A stretch of DNA of 64,000 bases from Octopus sinensis (taxonomy: Eukaryota): positions 101,804,001-101,868,000 of the forward strand of contig NC_043003.1 in NCBI RefSeq assembly GCF_006345805.1. Direction: 5' to 3'. Both the position numbers and the translations under genes were made by a program. Positions 12,480-25,189 of the stretch are shown in pieces (position 1 is the stretch's first letter; each line of letters opens with the position of its first letter). The notes below the pieces were generated by a model. That model had not been told where the DNA came from and made no database searches. It saw only the letters and a program-made list of their open reading frames with translations.

Positions 12480-15410
12480 ACCAAAGAGGTGTGATGGCCG
12501 CAAACAAATGGAAAGCACCCAAATATAGACGGAAATAAAGAGGTAAAAGACAAGAAAGCTAAAACAAACACTGTTCATAAAAAACAGAAGAACCCCAGCA
12601 AGAGCTACAAGGGCAAAAGCAGAAACATCTGCAAATTCTTCCAGAAGGGAGACTGCTGGCATGGCGTCGATGGTGCAAACTGTCGTTTTGCACATCAGAA
12701 GCCCTGCCAAAACCGCATGGACACAAGACAAAAATCCCTCCCTTGGGGAGAACAAAAAGAAAAAGAAAAATATAAAAGAAGGGAAAACGGCGCACTGACC
12801 ACTCCAGAAAGACGATGTGCGCAGTCCAAAAAAGATACTGCATAGCCCAACAAATGGCCAGCTTTGCCCAGATGCGAGAAGGGCAGCAGCTGAACAGCAA
12901 TCTTTTTTGTGCATGGCACAAAAAATTGTCCAGCAGCTGACCTGGCTACAAACACAAGGCTGGAACTACCACCCCATAAGGCCACCACCAACAGATGCAG
13001 GATGGCCACCACAGACACCAACACACACACCACAAAAATATTTCTACTGAACGTAGGAGGGCTGCTGCGTGGCAACTGTAAAAGGAAAATCTCATTCCTG
13101 AGAGACCTTGTGGAATGCAATCAAGCTATATGCATGGCACTCATAGAAACGCATCTTGGACCCGATATAGAGGATGCAGAAATACACATATCGCAATATG
13201 CTGTCATACGCTCAGATAGAAAAGGGAGGAGCCATGGTGGAGTTGCAATGTACATCCGAGATGACCTCACGCCGCAGGTCCTGTTGTTATATTCAAACTC
13301 AGTGTGTGACACTCAAATTGTACACATAAAACAACTGAATATCGTCATATGTACTACATATTGCCCACCGGATGCCCCAAATCACACAGGCATGTTTGAA
13401 GACTGCCTAACAAAAACAGGAGAAGTTCTCACCAACCTGGAACAACACAACAGTGTATTCTTCATGGGTGACTTCCCCAATGTGGAATGGTCTGGGGGGT
13501 AGATGCTCCCAGGGATGACACACCAACAGCAGGCACAGGCAGAGTCCCTGCTCCATCTCACAATGCCTCTTTCATGGAGCAAATAGTGCTGCAACCAACA
13601 AGGGCAGATGATATACTGGATCTCTGTTTCACAAACAATATGGATATTATCCATAATGTTAAAGTGATGTCGACAATGATCTCGGATCACAACATAATAG
13701 AACTGTCTATGTATGGACCAAAAGCCCCCGCAGACACACAGCCTATACGAAGCATCCACAATCTCTCCAACTTAAACTTTCATAAAGCAAATTGGAAGTT
13801 GATCGAGAAAGAGATCCTCAAACAGGATTGGCCTAAAAGCCATATGTGACAAATATGTCCCAGTGTGCAGGGCCAGCACACACAAAAACAAAAACAAGAT
13901 CCCTAGAGTAAGGAAGATTCTTATGAGACGACGGACAAGGATTGCGAACCGCTTGAGCAAGCACACCAAAAGTGGTGAGAAGTCTCGGCTCGAGAGAATG
14001 CTAATGGAAATTGAGAAAAGTCTGCATCAGTCTCATGAAAAGGAGAGAGCAGATAAAGAAGCTTGGGTAATAGAAAATATAAAGTCAAACCCTAAAGCTT
14101 TCTTTAAGTTTGCCAAAGAGACAGCCACAATGCACCAGAGAATGGGACCTCTCTTCCAAAAAGATGGCTCTCTCACAGGAAATCCCACGAGGATAAGTGA
14201 AATACTGAACGAACAGTTCCAAAGTGTGTTCACTACACCTCTAGGACACAGGCAAGTAAACAACCCAGAAGAATTCTTTGCCACTTTACCTGCGGCCAAA
14301 GAGGCAAAAATTGAGTACATCGACATTGAAGATGATGATATCACACTGGCCATAGATGAGATTGACACAAACTCAGCTGCTGGTCCTGATGGATTTCCAA
14401 TGATCCTTCTCAAATCATGCAAACAAGCCCTTGCAAAACCACTACAGCTTCTTTTTCAGAGCTTTCTTGCAAGTGGTAAGCTCCCAGTCAAATTGAAAGA
14501 GGGGGTAATATGCCCTATCCATAAGGGAGGAAGCAGAGCAGATGCTAAAAATTATAGGCCAATCTCTCTGACCTCACACATCAGCAAAGTCATGGAACGA
14601 ATAGTCCGCAAGAAACTAATCATGTTCCTTGAAGAAAATGACTTGCTGACTGACACCCAGCATGGATTTCGACCAGGTTGAAGCTTCCTAACACAGCTCC
14701 TGCAACACTATGACTGGGTGTTAAAACAGCTACTAAATGGCTCAAATGTGGATGTGATATATCTCCACTTTGCAAAAGCCTTTGATAAAGTCGACCACGG
14801 TATGATTTATCAAAAACTGTCACCATCCAGTGTCAAGTTGATCACAGAACTTGAGGCGATCCAACGAAGCTACACGAAGAAGATAGCCTCTGTGCAGCAT
14901 ATAAGCTACTGGGAAAGACTCAAGAGATTAAAACTCTATTCCTTGGAGCGTAGGCGAGAAAGATATGCCATAATATATATCTGGAAGATCCTGGAAGGAC
15001 TTGTCCCAAACTTTGGCATCAAGAGTCACACAAATGCCAGAACCGGGCGCCACTGCGTGGTACCAAGGACTCCAAATTTGCCATCAAGGTGTAGGACAAA
15101 ATACTGTGATAGCCTGGGCTTCAGAGGCCCACAGCTCTTCAATATCCTCCCGAAGAACCTGAGGGACCTGTATGGTGTAGATGCAGATGTCTTTAAAGTA
15201 GGACTGGATCTCTTCCTATCAGGTGTCCCGGATGAACCAACTTCACGGCAGGAGGTGCAGATGAGGGCAGCTGCATTGAACTCTCTCATGCACCAAATGG
15301 CAGTTGCTAAAAAGCATTCGTGAGGTAAAATCACGTAGCAAACCAAATGGCGGTGCCCCAGCATGGCCACAGCTTATGAGCTGAAACTGGAAAAATCAAA
15401 ATCAAAATCA
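12480..15410 (+). mobile_element. CR1-clade LINE, near full-length but decayed and internally deleted (ORF1 CCCH finger, APE endonuclease, partial RT, 3' tail)
   Basis: LNVGGL...ETHL...GGVAMY endonuclease; AAGPDG, NYRPISLTS, QHGFRPG, FAKAFDKVDH RT motifs; RT core after KVDHG missing; LERRRERY C-terminus; (aaaatc)n tail. Confidence 0.92.
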
Positions 15411-15506
15411 TCATATATATTTGTTTATTGTTTATTTGTATATATTAAATAATATGTGCAGCATGTTTAGTATATTAATATTATTATTATATTTTTATAG
15501 TTAATT

Positions 15507-15650
15507 ATAACCTCTGACAAGGGCTATGGTTCTTTTATCCCATAAGTATAATATTTTTTTAATGCCTACAACCCTAGTATGTAGACATCTATAGGCAAAG
15601 AAAATTCAGATTCACTGTTGACCATAGGCTGAAACAGCTGTAAGAAATAA
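15507..15650 (+). ncRNA. Degenerate type-I hammerhead ribozyme motif in a Penelope-like terminal repeat
   Basis: CTGACAA (15514-15520), 10-bp stem II ggctatggtt/gaccataggc, GAAA-CAGCTG-TA (15631-15642); core and stem I mutated. Confidence 0.55.
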
Positions 15651-16002
15651 TTTCTGGATTTCAATAATTTATAATATGAATTTTAAAAACTGTATTTGTA
15701 TTATTATATTTTCTATTGATTTATATAATATTTTGTATGCTTTTGATGTTCTCATCTGTAAAATGAATAAATAATCTAATATTTAAATATCCGTAAGTTG
15801 ATGAACAAACTGAATTTGTTTCTCCACTTTCTTATTTGTATTATAAATTTGTGGTAAAAGTATTTCTTTACCTTCACCCATTTAATACAATAAATGAATT
15901 AATTGCATTTATGTATTAAGAATTTGGGTACTTTACCAACAGTATATTGGATAAATGATATCCCATAGTGGGTTACACCCATAACCCCTATCTTACTTTG
16001 TA

Positions 16003-16410
16003 GGCGCAGGAGTGGCTGTGTGGTTAGTAGCTTGCTAACAAACCACATGTTTCCGGGTTCAGTCCCACTGTGTGGCATCTTGGGCAAGTGTCTTCTGCTA
16101 TAGCCCCGGGCCGACCAATGCCCTGTGAGTGGATTTGGTAGACGGAAACTGAAAGAAGCCCGTCGTATATATGTATATATATATATATGTATGTGTTTGT
16201 GTGTCTGTGTTTGTCCCCCTAGCATTGCTTGACAACCGATGCTGGTGTGTTTACATCCCCGCCACTTAGTGGTTTGGCAAAAGAGACCGATAGAATAAGT
16301 ACTGGGCTTACAAAGAATAAGTCCTGGGGTCGAGTTGCTCGATTAAAGGCGGTGCTCCAGCATGGCCGCAGTCAAATGACTGAAACAAGTAAAAGAGTAA
16401 AGAGTAAGAG
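16003..16410 (+). mobile_element. Full-length young CORE-type tRNA-derived SINE with CR1-like tail
   Basis: ggcgcaggagtggctgtgtgg head, gggttcagtccc B-box, ttgggcaagtg CORE-like block, tail ggcggtgctccagcatggccgcagtcaaatgactgaaac. Confidence 0.9.
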
Positions 16411-16423
16411 TATATATATAACA

Positions 16424-16465
<42 letters not shown>

Positions 16466-16589
16466 CACCTAGTCAACCCTAACTGCAACACCACTGCTAA
16501 TAAGAACTATTATGTCTAACAAACGCACATGCACAACTATATCATGCATATTTGTTTATAAGTATATATCTATAATACATTAAAAATGA

Positions 16590-17220
16590 AGTTCAATCCT
16601 GCTTGCAATGCTATACAGACAAACTGGCACATAATGGGAAAATACTTTGAAAGTAAAGTGACCCTGAAATGTGAATACAAATGGAGTAAAACAAATTTTG
16701 CACAAATCGGACCAGTGGTTACTGAGGTATTCGGTATTTTATGGTATACATACCCAAAACGATGCATAATTGGAAAATACTCTGAAAATATCTTAACCCT
16801 GAAAGGAAAGAAACTCTAACCTTTCCATTAGACACATTATGAGGAGCAAAATATTTTAAAGTGAAAATAACTTTTAAAAATATGGTAAATATTTTGTGAA
16901 AGACCTGTTTATGACCTCAGTGTGAAACACTTTTTTTCCTTAGGTTTTTTCAAGAGCATTCAACATATTTCACCTCCAAAGATTTAACTGCTATTTCTAG
17001 CACGCCCTGCTACCATGCAACAGCTTTTTGCAATAAAGGACCTGAAATACCTATTACGTGGTAGCAGAGCATGCAAGAAATAGCAGCCAAATCTTTCCTT
17101 TTCTGGGGAAAGGAGCTGTTTATGCGTGATTTCAATGTCACATTTGTTGAAAGCATGTGAAATAACCGGGAAAAGAAAAAAACCCACAAAACAAAACTCC
17201 ATTGCTGGGAAACTCAGACT
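16590..17220 (-). mobile_element. Copy of the hairpin-bearing DNA repeat family also present at about 46017-46960
   Basis: Reverse-complement similarity across 16600-16830 versus 46740-46930 and 16880-17220 versus 46150-46560. Confidence 0.75.
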
Positions 17221-17339
17221 AATATATATATAGTCTTATATATATAATATATATCCCATCCAACCCATGCTAGCATGGAAAACGGATGTTAAACAATGAT
17301 AATGGTGATATATATATATATATAATGTTTTTTTTAAAT

Positions 17340-17620
17340 ACATACATTACCAAAACACATGCATCTGAGTCTGTCAAGGGTTGACCAACACATTGGAATA
17401 TAACTCCTTTCTGGAAATTCTCCCCTGATGAAATTTCCCAGTCTCAATATGAAAATTTTAATTTAATTTAATTTCTCAAATTGAACTAATAGGAATGACT
17501 GTAGGGATAAAAATTTCATATATTGATTTGATATCTATACGTCAATTTCTTCATTTTCTTCTTTTTCTCATTCATAAATATTTTAAATATCAATATACAC
17601 CAATGCAAAACTAAAAGTAT
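17340..17620 (+). mobile_element. Penelope-like terminal repeat with degenerate hammerhead; second copy at about 32760-33200 (minus)
   Basis: tccc-CTGATGA (17421-17431)...GGAATGACTG-TA-ggga (17492-17507); reverse-complement match to 32800-33200. Confidence 0.6.
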
Positions 17621-17799
17621 TTTGTTTTCACTGAAGAATGGTATAAATCAGAGAACTAAGATGCAAACATCCCTTAAAGGATTAAATTGGCATGATTAAA
17701 TTGAATTATATATATATACATACATATGTATATATGTATATACTTTATTTATTTCTGCTGCTTTTAAATAAAGCATATTACTCTACCTCTGTTATATAT

Positions 17800-18185
17800 A
17801 TACTCTTACTCTTTTACTTGCTTCAGTCATTTGATTGTGGCCATGCTGGAGCACTGTATTTAGTCGAGCAAATCGACTCCAGGACTTATTCTTTGTAAGC
17901 CTAGTACTTATTCCATCGGTCTCTTTTGCCAAACCGCTAAGTTACGGGGATGTAAACACACCAGCATCAGTTGTCAAGCGATGTTGGGGGGACAAACATA
18001 GACGCACAAACATATATATATATGATGGGCTTCTTTCAGTTTCTGTCTACTAAATCCACTCACAAGGCTTTGGTCAGCCCGAGGCTATAGTAGAAGACAC
18101 TTGCCCAAAGTGCCACACAGTGGGACTGAACCCGGAGCCATGTGGTTCGTAAGCAAGCTACTTACCACACACCCACTCCTACACC
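17800..18185 (-). mobile_element. Full-length CORE-type SINE
   Basis: Reverse complement of the 16003-16410 family. Confidence 0.88.
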
Positions 18186-18254
18186 CATGTGTGTGTATAT
18201 ATATATATATATCTATTCTTTTACTTGTTTCTGTCATTTGATAGTGGCCATGGT

Positions 18255-18800
18255 ACATATTCTTAGTGCAAATTTCTAAGAGTGTAGTTTGATTTTAAGA
18301 GTTATTTTTTTCAAAGCTATAATGGAAGTAACAAAGGAATATATTTGGCATATTTTGCTCTATGAGTTCAATTAAGGCAACAACACACTGGAAAGTTTGA
18401 GGAGTATGAATGCAGTATATGAGGATTGGATAATGTGTGTAAGCCAGTGTCAACGGTGGTTCCAGAAATTCCGAGCTGGAAACTATAGCCTAGAAGACGA
18501 GCCTCATCCTGGAAGATCTGTAAAGCTCAACGAGGATGTCCTGCAAACCCTAATGGAACAAAATATCATTGTAACTGTTGAGGAACTATCAGAGAAGCTA
18601 GGATTTGGTCATTCAACCATTCATCAACACCTGTGTGCTATCCGAAAAGTTAGCAAAGTCAGTCAATGGGTTCCTCACAAACTTTCAGAGTCTAATCGCG
18701 TGCAGAGAGTAAATGTGTGCTCTTCTTTGCTGTCACATCTTATGAATGAAACTTTTTTTGGACCGAATAGTAACTGATGATGAGAAATGGTGTAGCCATG
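18255..18800 (+). mobile_element. Mariner relic (N-terminal HTH to first catalytic Asp)
   Basis: MEVTKEYIWHILLYEF...CQRWFQKF...WVPHKL...TDDEKW; internal stop and truncation. Confidence 0.88.
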
Positions 18801-19029
18801 ATGTTCTGGTGATCTGAAGAGCTAACCTTCTATATCTGCATTGTAAATGATGAAGGCTCTGAAATGACTGTAATCCTACAGTTATCAAGTGGTTATATTA
18901 ATATATTTACTCTCATATCTCCTGACATTTTATGATCTCTATACTCCTCATGAAATAATTTCATTGATTGGATCTCTTGGATTTCAGCTGCAGATAACTC
19001 TGTATGATAGCCAGGTCCACCACAGGCAT

Positions 19030-20400
19030 TTCTATGATTACCATAGGATTCCATGAATCTATATATTGCTCTACAAATTTATATACATAAATATACACAT
19101 ACATATATATCATATACACACACACACATATACACACCCTCAAAATGAAACGTATATTAGCTAATACCCATAAAACATGGGAGAAGGCAGGTTGCTCTTG
19201 CAGGGTGTACAATGACTGTCCAGTGGGAGGCCAATGCAAGGCCAAGGGAATCATCTATGAGGCTGTGATGATACCCAGACTTAGCGACCACAGTAATAGC
19301 AGCAATGGAACATCTAACAACACGGACGGTATTGGAGGCAGCGACAATGGCAGAAACAGCAGCACTGATGCCAATGATCCCAGCACCATCACTACAGCCG
19401 GAGAAGATGACTGTGCCAATACCAGCAGCATCAGCAAGGCTACCAGCCCCACATCCACCATTACCAACGATAGCATCCACATCACCATTGGTGACAATAG
19501 TGGCAACACTATAGCCAGGGACAACTACAGCCACAGTGGTATTGCTGGACCAACACATCGTAAGGGTAGCAACACTGGTGGCAACAGCAACATCCCCAGG
19601 CCAGGAGCCAACCGATGATGTGCCAGTAATGTGAGTGCAACCAACACCCGAACTGGAAATATATCAGCCAGGGCAGCCTTCAAGCAATACCTGTACAACC
19701 ACAGGTCTTTCTTGAGAGTTCTGGAAAGATGATTTGTCACATCTCTAGCCAGCCATTTGTGGTGCCTCAAAGATGAAGGAATTCCAAACAATATTAAATG
19801 GAAGATATTAGAGCAGCTGAGACCCTACATCAACAGGAGTGTATGTTGCAAGCTTTGCATAGCCAAGTGAGTAAGGATATTCAAAGACTCCCTGAAACCT
19901 GGTCACTGAATACTTGCCAAGCACTACCAAAAGCAACCCAAAAGCCTACAAATAACTGGTCTGAAAGATAACCTGTCCTCTCTGACACTGGACTTTTTAT
20001 TCTTCGATGACCAGTTGACCAAATAACCATAACAGATTTCTGCCTCCCAGAGGTGAAGAGTTACATTTGTCTTCGGCTTTAGAGTCTGATGAGATGTCCA
20101 TGAGACAAAAGCCTTCATCATCATTGTTCAACCGTGGTCGAGACAATGGAATTTACCATGCTACGCCAGACTTCACGGTCCATCATAGCATTACGGAGGT
20201 CCTGTTGCTGGATGCCTGTATCCCTGGAGATTACATCAGGGTAGGAGAGTGTGTGCCCTCTGGTATTGCGAGTAGATGGCTTCCAGAGGAGAAGAGTAGA
20301 AATTACCTTGTTTTCAGCTCTACAACAATGTCCAGCAAACTGGACTCCCCTACCTTTCATTGGTCACTCTAAGACTGGACATTAACTTTATTACTTTAAT
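19030..20400 (+). mobile_element. Penelope-like element relic (GIY-YIG endonuclease and terminal repeat), interrupted by an RTE fragment
   Basis: CSC-x4-CPVGGQCKAKGIIYEA...FKQYLYNHRSF...TSLASHLW...IKWKIL...CKLC pattern. Confidence 0.8.
20117..20359 (-). mobile_element. 5'-truncated RTE LINE (young; near-identical to 25726-25972)
   Basis: KGRGVQFAGHCCRAE...IVSTTVEQ* plus (GAT)n tail. Confidence 0.92.
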
Positions 20401-21153
20401 ATGTATATATATATATATATATATATATTTATACACACACACACACACATATATGTGGCACCTTGGGCAATTATCTTCTACTATAACCCTCAGTCAAGAA
20501 GATTTACTAGAAAGTGAAAGAAGATATTCATATATATACATACACTGTTCCAGTCAAAAAGCTGCGACCATACTGGGGTACTGCCATTTAGAATACAATA
20601 TATTTATATGTATGTGCGTATCACCTTTTCTTGACATTGTATGATGTTAGAAAAAGAGTGTCACTGCAAGATAGTTGACAATGCATGAGAGCTGTAAGAG
20701 GGTGTCATTCATTTCCAATATTCTGGAAGAATTTGTTTGGAAACACACACACAAAACAAGCTTCTTCAATTACTTTCTGCCAATTTCACTTGCGAGGTAT
20801 AGGTCAACCCAGTTATAGTATAGGATGTTGGCTGACAATGTCCCTGCAGCATATCGGAATTCCTAACTATGTAATTCTTAAGTAAACTTCTTCACCACAG
20901 TTAATATTAACTGTAAGAATTTAAGGCAGTGAACTGGCAAAATTGTTAGCATGCTTTGTGGAATTTCATCTGCTCTTATGTTCTGAGTTCAAATTCCATC
21001 AAGGTTGATTTTTGCCTTTCATCCTTTCAGAGTCGATATAATAAGTTCTGAGTACTAGGGTCTCGCCAAAACAAGCCTTGAGCCAAAATTTAAAACCAAT
21101 ATTAATTATAAGAATAAGACAGAATTGCTAAATCAGTGATGTTAAAATTTGTA

Positions 21154-21159
21154 TTTATT
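21154..21159 (-). promoter_or_regulatory. Candidate AATAAA polyadenylation signal for GNS (about 0.8 kb 3' UTR)
   Basis: tttatt on + strand at the end of a SINE-free stretch downstream of the stop; other AATAAA candidates exist. Confidence 0.3.
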
Positions 21160-21960
21160 TCAAAAGAAACATAAATCAGAAACACAAATGTGCTTGTGAT
21201 TGGGTTTGTATACTGTTTTAGGGTAAAATTATGAATTGATGTAAAAAAAAAAAAAAGATACTAAAAAATACTATACAAGATTGTAATTATTGTTTTTTTC
21301 ATCATTATCCTTCTTAATTTCATTACTTCTATAATGTATATTCAAAAAATTACAACATCGCTGCTTTATAAAATGCAAGAAATATAGAGAAAATTTTTTA
21401 AAAGTATACAAATTAGTTATTTTGTCTTTTTTTTACTTTTTTACTATGTTTAAAATTGCTTTGCTTCATGGTAATATCACAGTCATTCTGGAAAGTTCTC
21501 ATCAGTCAGGAGGATTTGTAGGGTGAAATTATAGTGTTCATCAGTATTATTGGGTTTATGTGTTCAAGTTAGTTTGTCCAAATTGTCATGGGTTAATACA
21601 AGCCTGCAATACAGTCGCTTTCCACATCTCTTCATTCAATACGTATTCCATGAGGTGATTAAAATAAAATATGGTTGTTCTGGTGATATTTAAGAAAAAG
21701 GTTATCATTGATATTGTTTGATTTTTTCTTTCTTTAATTAATTTTTTTCAATATGCTTTGATTGAAGTGTTCAGCTGAATAACGTTTCTTCTTAAAGTAA
21801 TAAAAAAGTATTAAAACTCACAGAAAAAAGATATATTCCCAAAAATAGATATCTCCATGTGTGTATGTGTGTGTTGGGTATGTGTGTATTATACAGAAGT
21901 TTTAAATGTGTAATTTCTGTTTTTAATTCCTGAAACATTCATTCTATTATTGGTCAGTTT

Positions 21961-22107
21961 CTAGTCCACTTGACATGAAGGACCAGAACATAAAGATAAT
22001 GTGGCCAAAGTCTGGCTGAGATGCAACACTATATTTGGGTCAGCACTCTTGGCGATGTTGGTAATTTCAGCAGCATCTTTCTCAAGATCATACATTTCGA
22101 TGAAGTG
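21961..22107 (-). CDS. GNS: GNS last coding exon (147 nt incl. TAG): HFIEMYDLEKDAAEITNIAKSADP...LSLCSGPSCQVD*
   Basis: F-x-E-x-Y-x-L-x-x-D...TNIAK...CSGPxC pattern; acceptor cttatttccAG; stop TAG at 21961-21963. Confidence 0.93.
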   Translation of the reverse strand, partial: HFIEMYDLEKDAAEITNIAKSADPNIVLHLSQTLATLSLCSGPSCQVD

Positions 22108-23270
22108 CTGGAAATAAGACAAAAACATGAGTTGTTTAGATAGATTTTGCAAAACTTTGGAACAAAGATATTGGTATGTTTAGGGCATATAGTCAAAGAT
22201 CCATGTTATACACACACACACACACAATATATTACATACACATATATATAAATGTATACATACATATATAAATATACACATACACATATATACATATGCA
22301 CACACACACATACACACATATATATATATATATATATATGCAACATGCACACATATACATATGCACACACACCTATCATCATTGTTTAACGTCAGTTTTC
22401 CATGCTGGCATGGGTTGGACGGTTTGACTGGAGACTGGCAAGCCAGGAGGCTGCACCAGGCTCCAATGTGATCAGGCAATGTTTCTACAGCTGGATGTCC
22501 TTCCTAATGCCAACCACTCCGAGAGTGTAATCGGTGCTTTTTACATGCCACTTTTTCATGCACACACACATATATGCATATGCATGCACACACACACATA
22601 TACATATGTACACACGCACTCATATACATATGCACATGTACACATATACATACACACACACAAATATACATACATACACACTCATATATATATATATCAT
22701 TGTCATCATCATTTAACATCCATTTTCCATGCTGGCATGGGTTGGACAGTCTGACAGGAGCTGACCAGCTGAAGGGCTGTTGAGGCTCCAATTGTCTGTT
22801 TTGGCATGGTTACTGTGACTGGATGCACTTCCTAATGCCAACCACTCTACAGAGTGTACTAGGTGCTGTTACATAGCACCAGTATCGGTGCTTTTTACAT
22901 GACACCATCACCTATGAGCTCGCAAGATTAGGGATGCTCAGCAGGAGAGGGTTGCAGGGGATGAGCCTATATGCAAGGGCAACCATGCTTTTACTTAGCT
23001 CGACATGTTTTCAAGCACAGCAAACTACTTGGAATGTTGGTTCCCTGCTTTCCTCTCTGTGAGTCCCAACATCTGTAGAGCTTTTCTCACTAAGTCATCC
23101 CACGTCTTCCAGGGTTTACTCCTTCCACATGTCTCTACAATTAGAGATCAACGTCTCTTGATGCAACTGTCATCATTCATACACATTATCATACACATTA
23201 TCTCTCTTGCACACGTATTTATTTATTTATGTGTGTGTGTGTGTTGTGTGTGTGTGTGTATATTTATATG

Positions 23271-23308
<38 letters not shown>

Positions 23309-23399
23309 GATGAGTGTGTGTGTGTATATATATATATATATAAACATACACACTCATATAACTACACACACACACGTTTACATGCACATACCTATATAA

Positions 23400-23860
23400 A
23401 TATGTATATACATGCAAGGACAGCTGTGTAAAGAAGTGCTGATCTCTAACTGTGAAGGGAATTTGTAGAAGAGGTAGGACCCAGGAAGACATGGGATGAG
23501 GTGGTGAAGCATGACCTTCGAATGTTGGACCTCACAAAAGCAATGACAAGTGACCAAGACCTTTGGAGATATACAGTGTTTGAGAAAACTCATCAAGCCA
23601 AGTGAAATCGTAGACATGGTTGATGCCAGTGTCATGTAAGTGGCATCCATGCTGGTGGCGCATAAAAGCACCTGTACAGGTGGCATGTAGAGAGCACTCA
23701 TTACACTCTAAGAGTAGTTGGTGTTAGGGAGGGCATCCAGCAGTGGAAACCATGCCAAATCAGACAGGAACTTGGTGCAGCTCTGGCTTACCAATTCCAG
23801 TCAAACTGTTTAACCTATACCAGCATGGAAAGCAGATGCTAAATGATGATGATGATGATG
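23400..23860 (+). mobile_element. 5'-truncated RTE 3' end (family of 1820-2715)
   Basis: RGRTQEDMG-like decay of GRGRPRKTW, 3' UTR and (GAT)n tail at 23843-23860; further 3' UTR copies at about 22375-22550, 22700-22900, 36970-37180, 38785-39130, 50520-50830 and 56945-57420. Confidence 0.8.
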
Positions 23861-25189
23861 ATACAACACATATGAATATATATATACACACACATAAATA
23901 TATATACATACACACAGACACATTATTAGGTGAGGTGGGGACCATGTTTTTGGGTCATATTTTTGGTGGAGTGTGTAAAATGTTAAAATGCCAAGAGTTC
24001 CACACATGAAGACAAGACATGTCACCATAAAAACTCTATAAAATCTCACCCTTCTATTTTCAGAAAAAGAAATACTATAAACCATTTTGCTTCCATTGAT
24101 TCCAGTCAAGTACTGGAATTGGTGCTTTTAACTGACACCATCCCCTCAAATTTGCTGGCCTTGTGCTTAAATCAGAAACTTATCATTTGGTTAGATACTC
24201 TAGTTGCTGTCAACACTTGCTGAATGGAAGATTGGGTATGCCTTAGCTAATGATGCACAGGCATGTACTAAAGCAGCAATGCCTACAGCCTTTAATAATA
24301 ACAACAACAACAATAATGTGCCTCACATCCACACATCAATACAATTACAAATATCTGCAACATTAGAAATACCTGCAGCATTACAAACACCTTAACAAAT
24401 GAAAGCACATTGTAATCCAAACCGATACGAACAGCACTCCCAAGGCATCACTAATTACACAGCCACAGACACAAACAACAGCTTAATAAAACATTAAAAA
24501 ATACACAGACATTACTTTAAACGAACACATTGCACCACTCTATAACACCTCTACTCACATAAAAATAATAAAAACAATGCAACAAACTTACAACAAACTG
24601 AAGGCAAAATATCCCAAAGAAGTACAAGATTTCTGTGAGATCATTTAAAAGGTTCTACAAAGAAATGCTTGTGGAGACACCCACAAATGGCCAGGACAGA
24701 ACATCTGTCTCTCCACAGAAATAGAGTAAGTGATTTTCTTCATTTTCTTTCTCTTTAACAAACACAGCCTTGCTCAGAATAGGCTGTATAAATGCATGTG
24801 GCCTGGGGCTACCTTGGAAACAAGAACACCTACTCAATGACCTCAGGTTACTATTTTGATGAAGTGACTATCAGTAAAACCAAACTAATAATAATAATAA
24901 TAATAACCATCTTTAACATAGACACAGGACCACATATTCTAGGGAAGGAATTTAGTTGTTGATATCAACTCTACCTTTATTCTTGACTGGTATTTATTTT
25001 ATCTAACCACAGATGAGAAACAAAGTCAAACTCAACAGGATTCAAATTCGAAATGTAAAGGGACTTAACTAATACCACAATATATTGGGTCATCCCGTAA
25101 ATAATGCAGTATTTTCAATTGCATGATTTAAAAGTCAGAGGGGACAGGATAACCTACCTGCATCAACTTGCTATAAGAACAGATAGTAA

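Noticed and set aside
22180-23701. Many 60-110 aa ORFs rich in Y/I/H/T/C/V
   Set aside because: They are translations of (TA)n, (CA)n and SINE sequence; the same applies to similar ORFs at 2655, 46933, 48225, 57978 and 62889-63983.
24200-24850. A/C-rich coding-like stretch
   Set aside because: No recognisable motif in any frame; probably an old retroelement fragment but not assignable.
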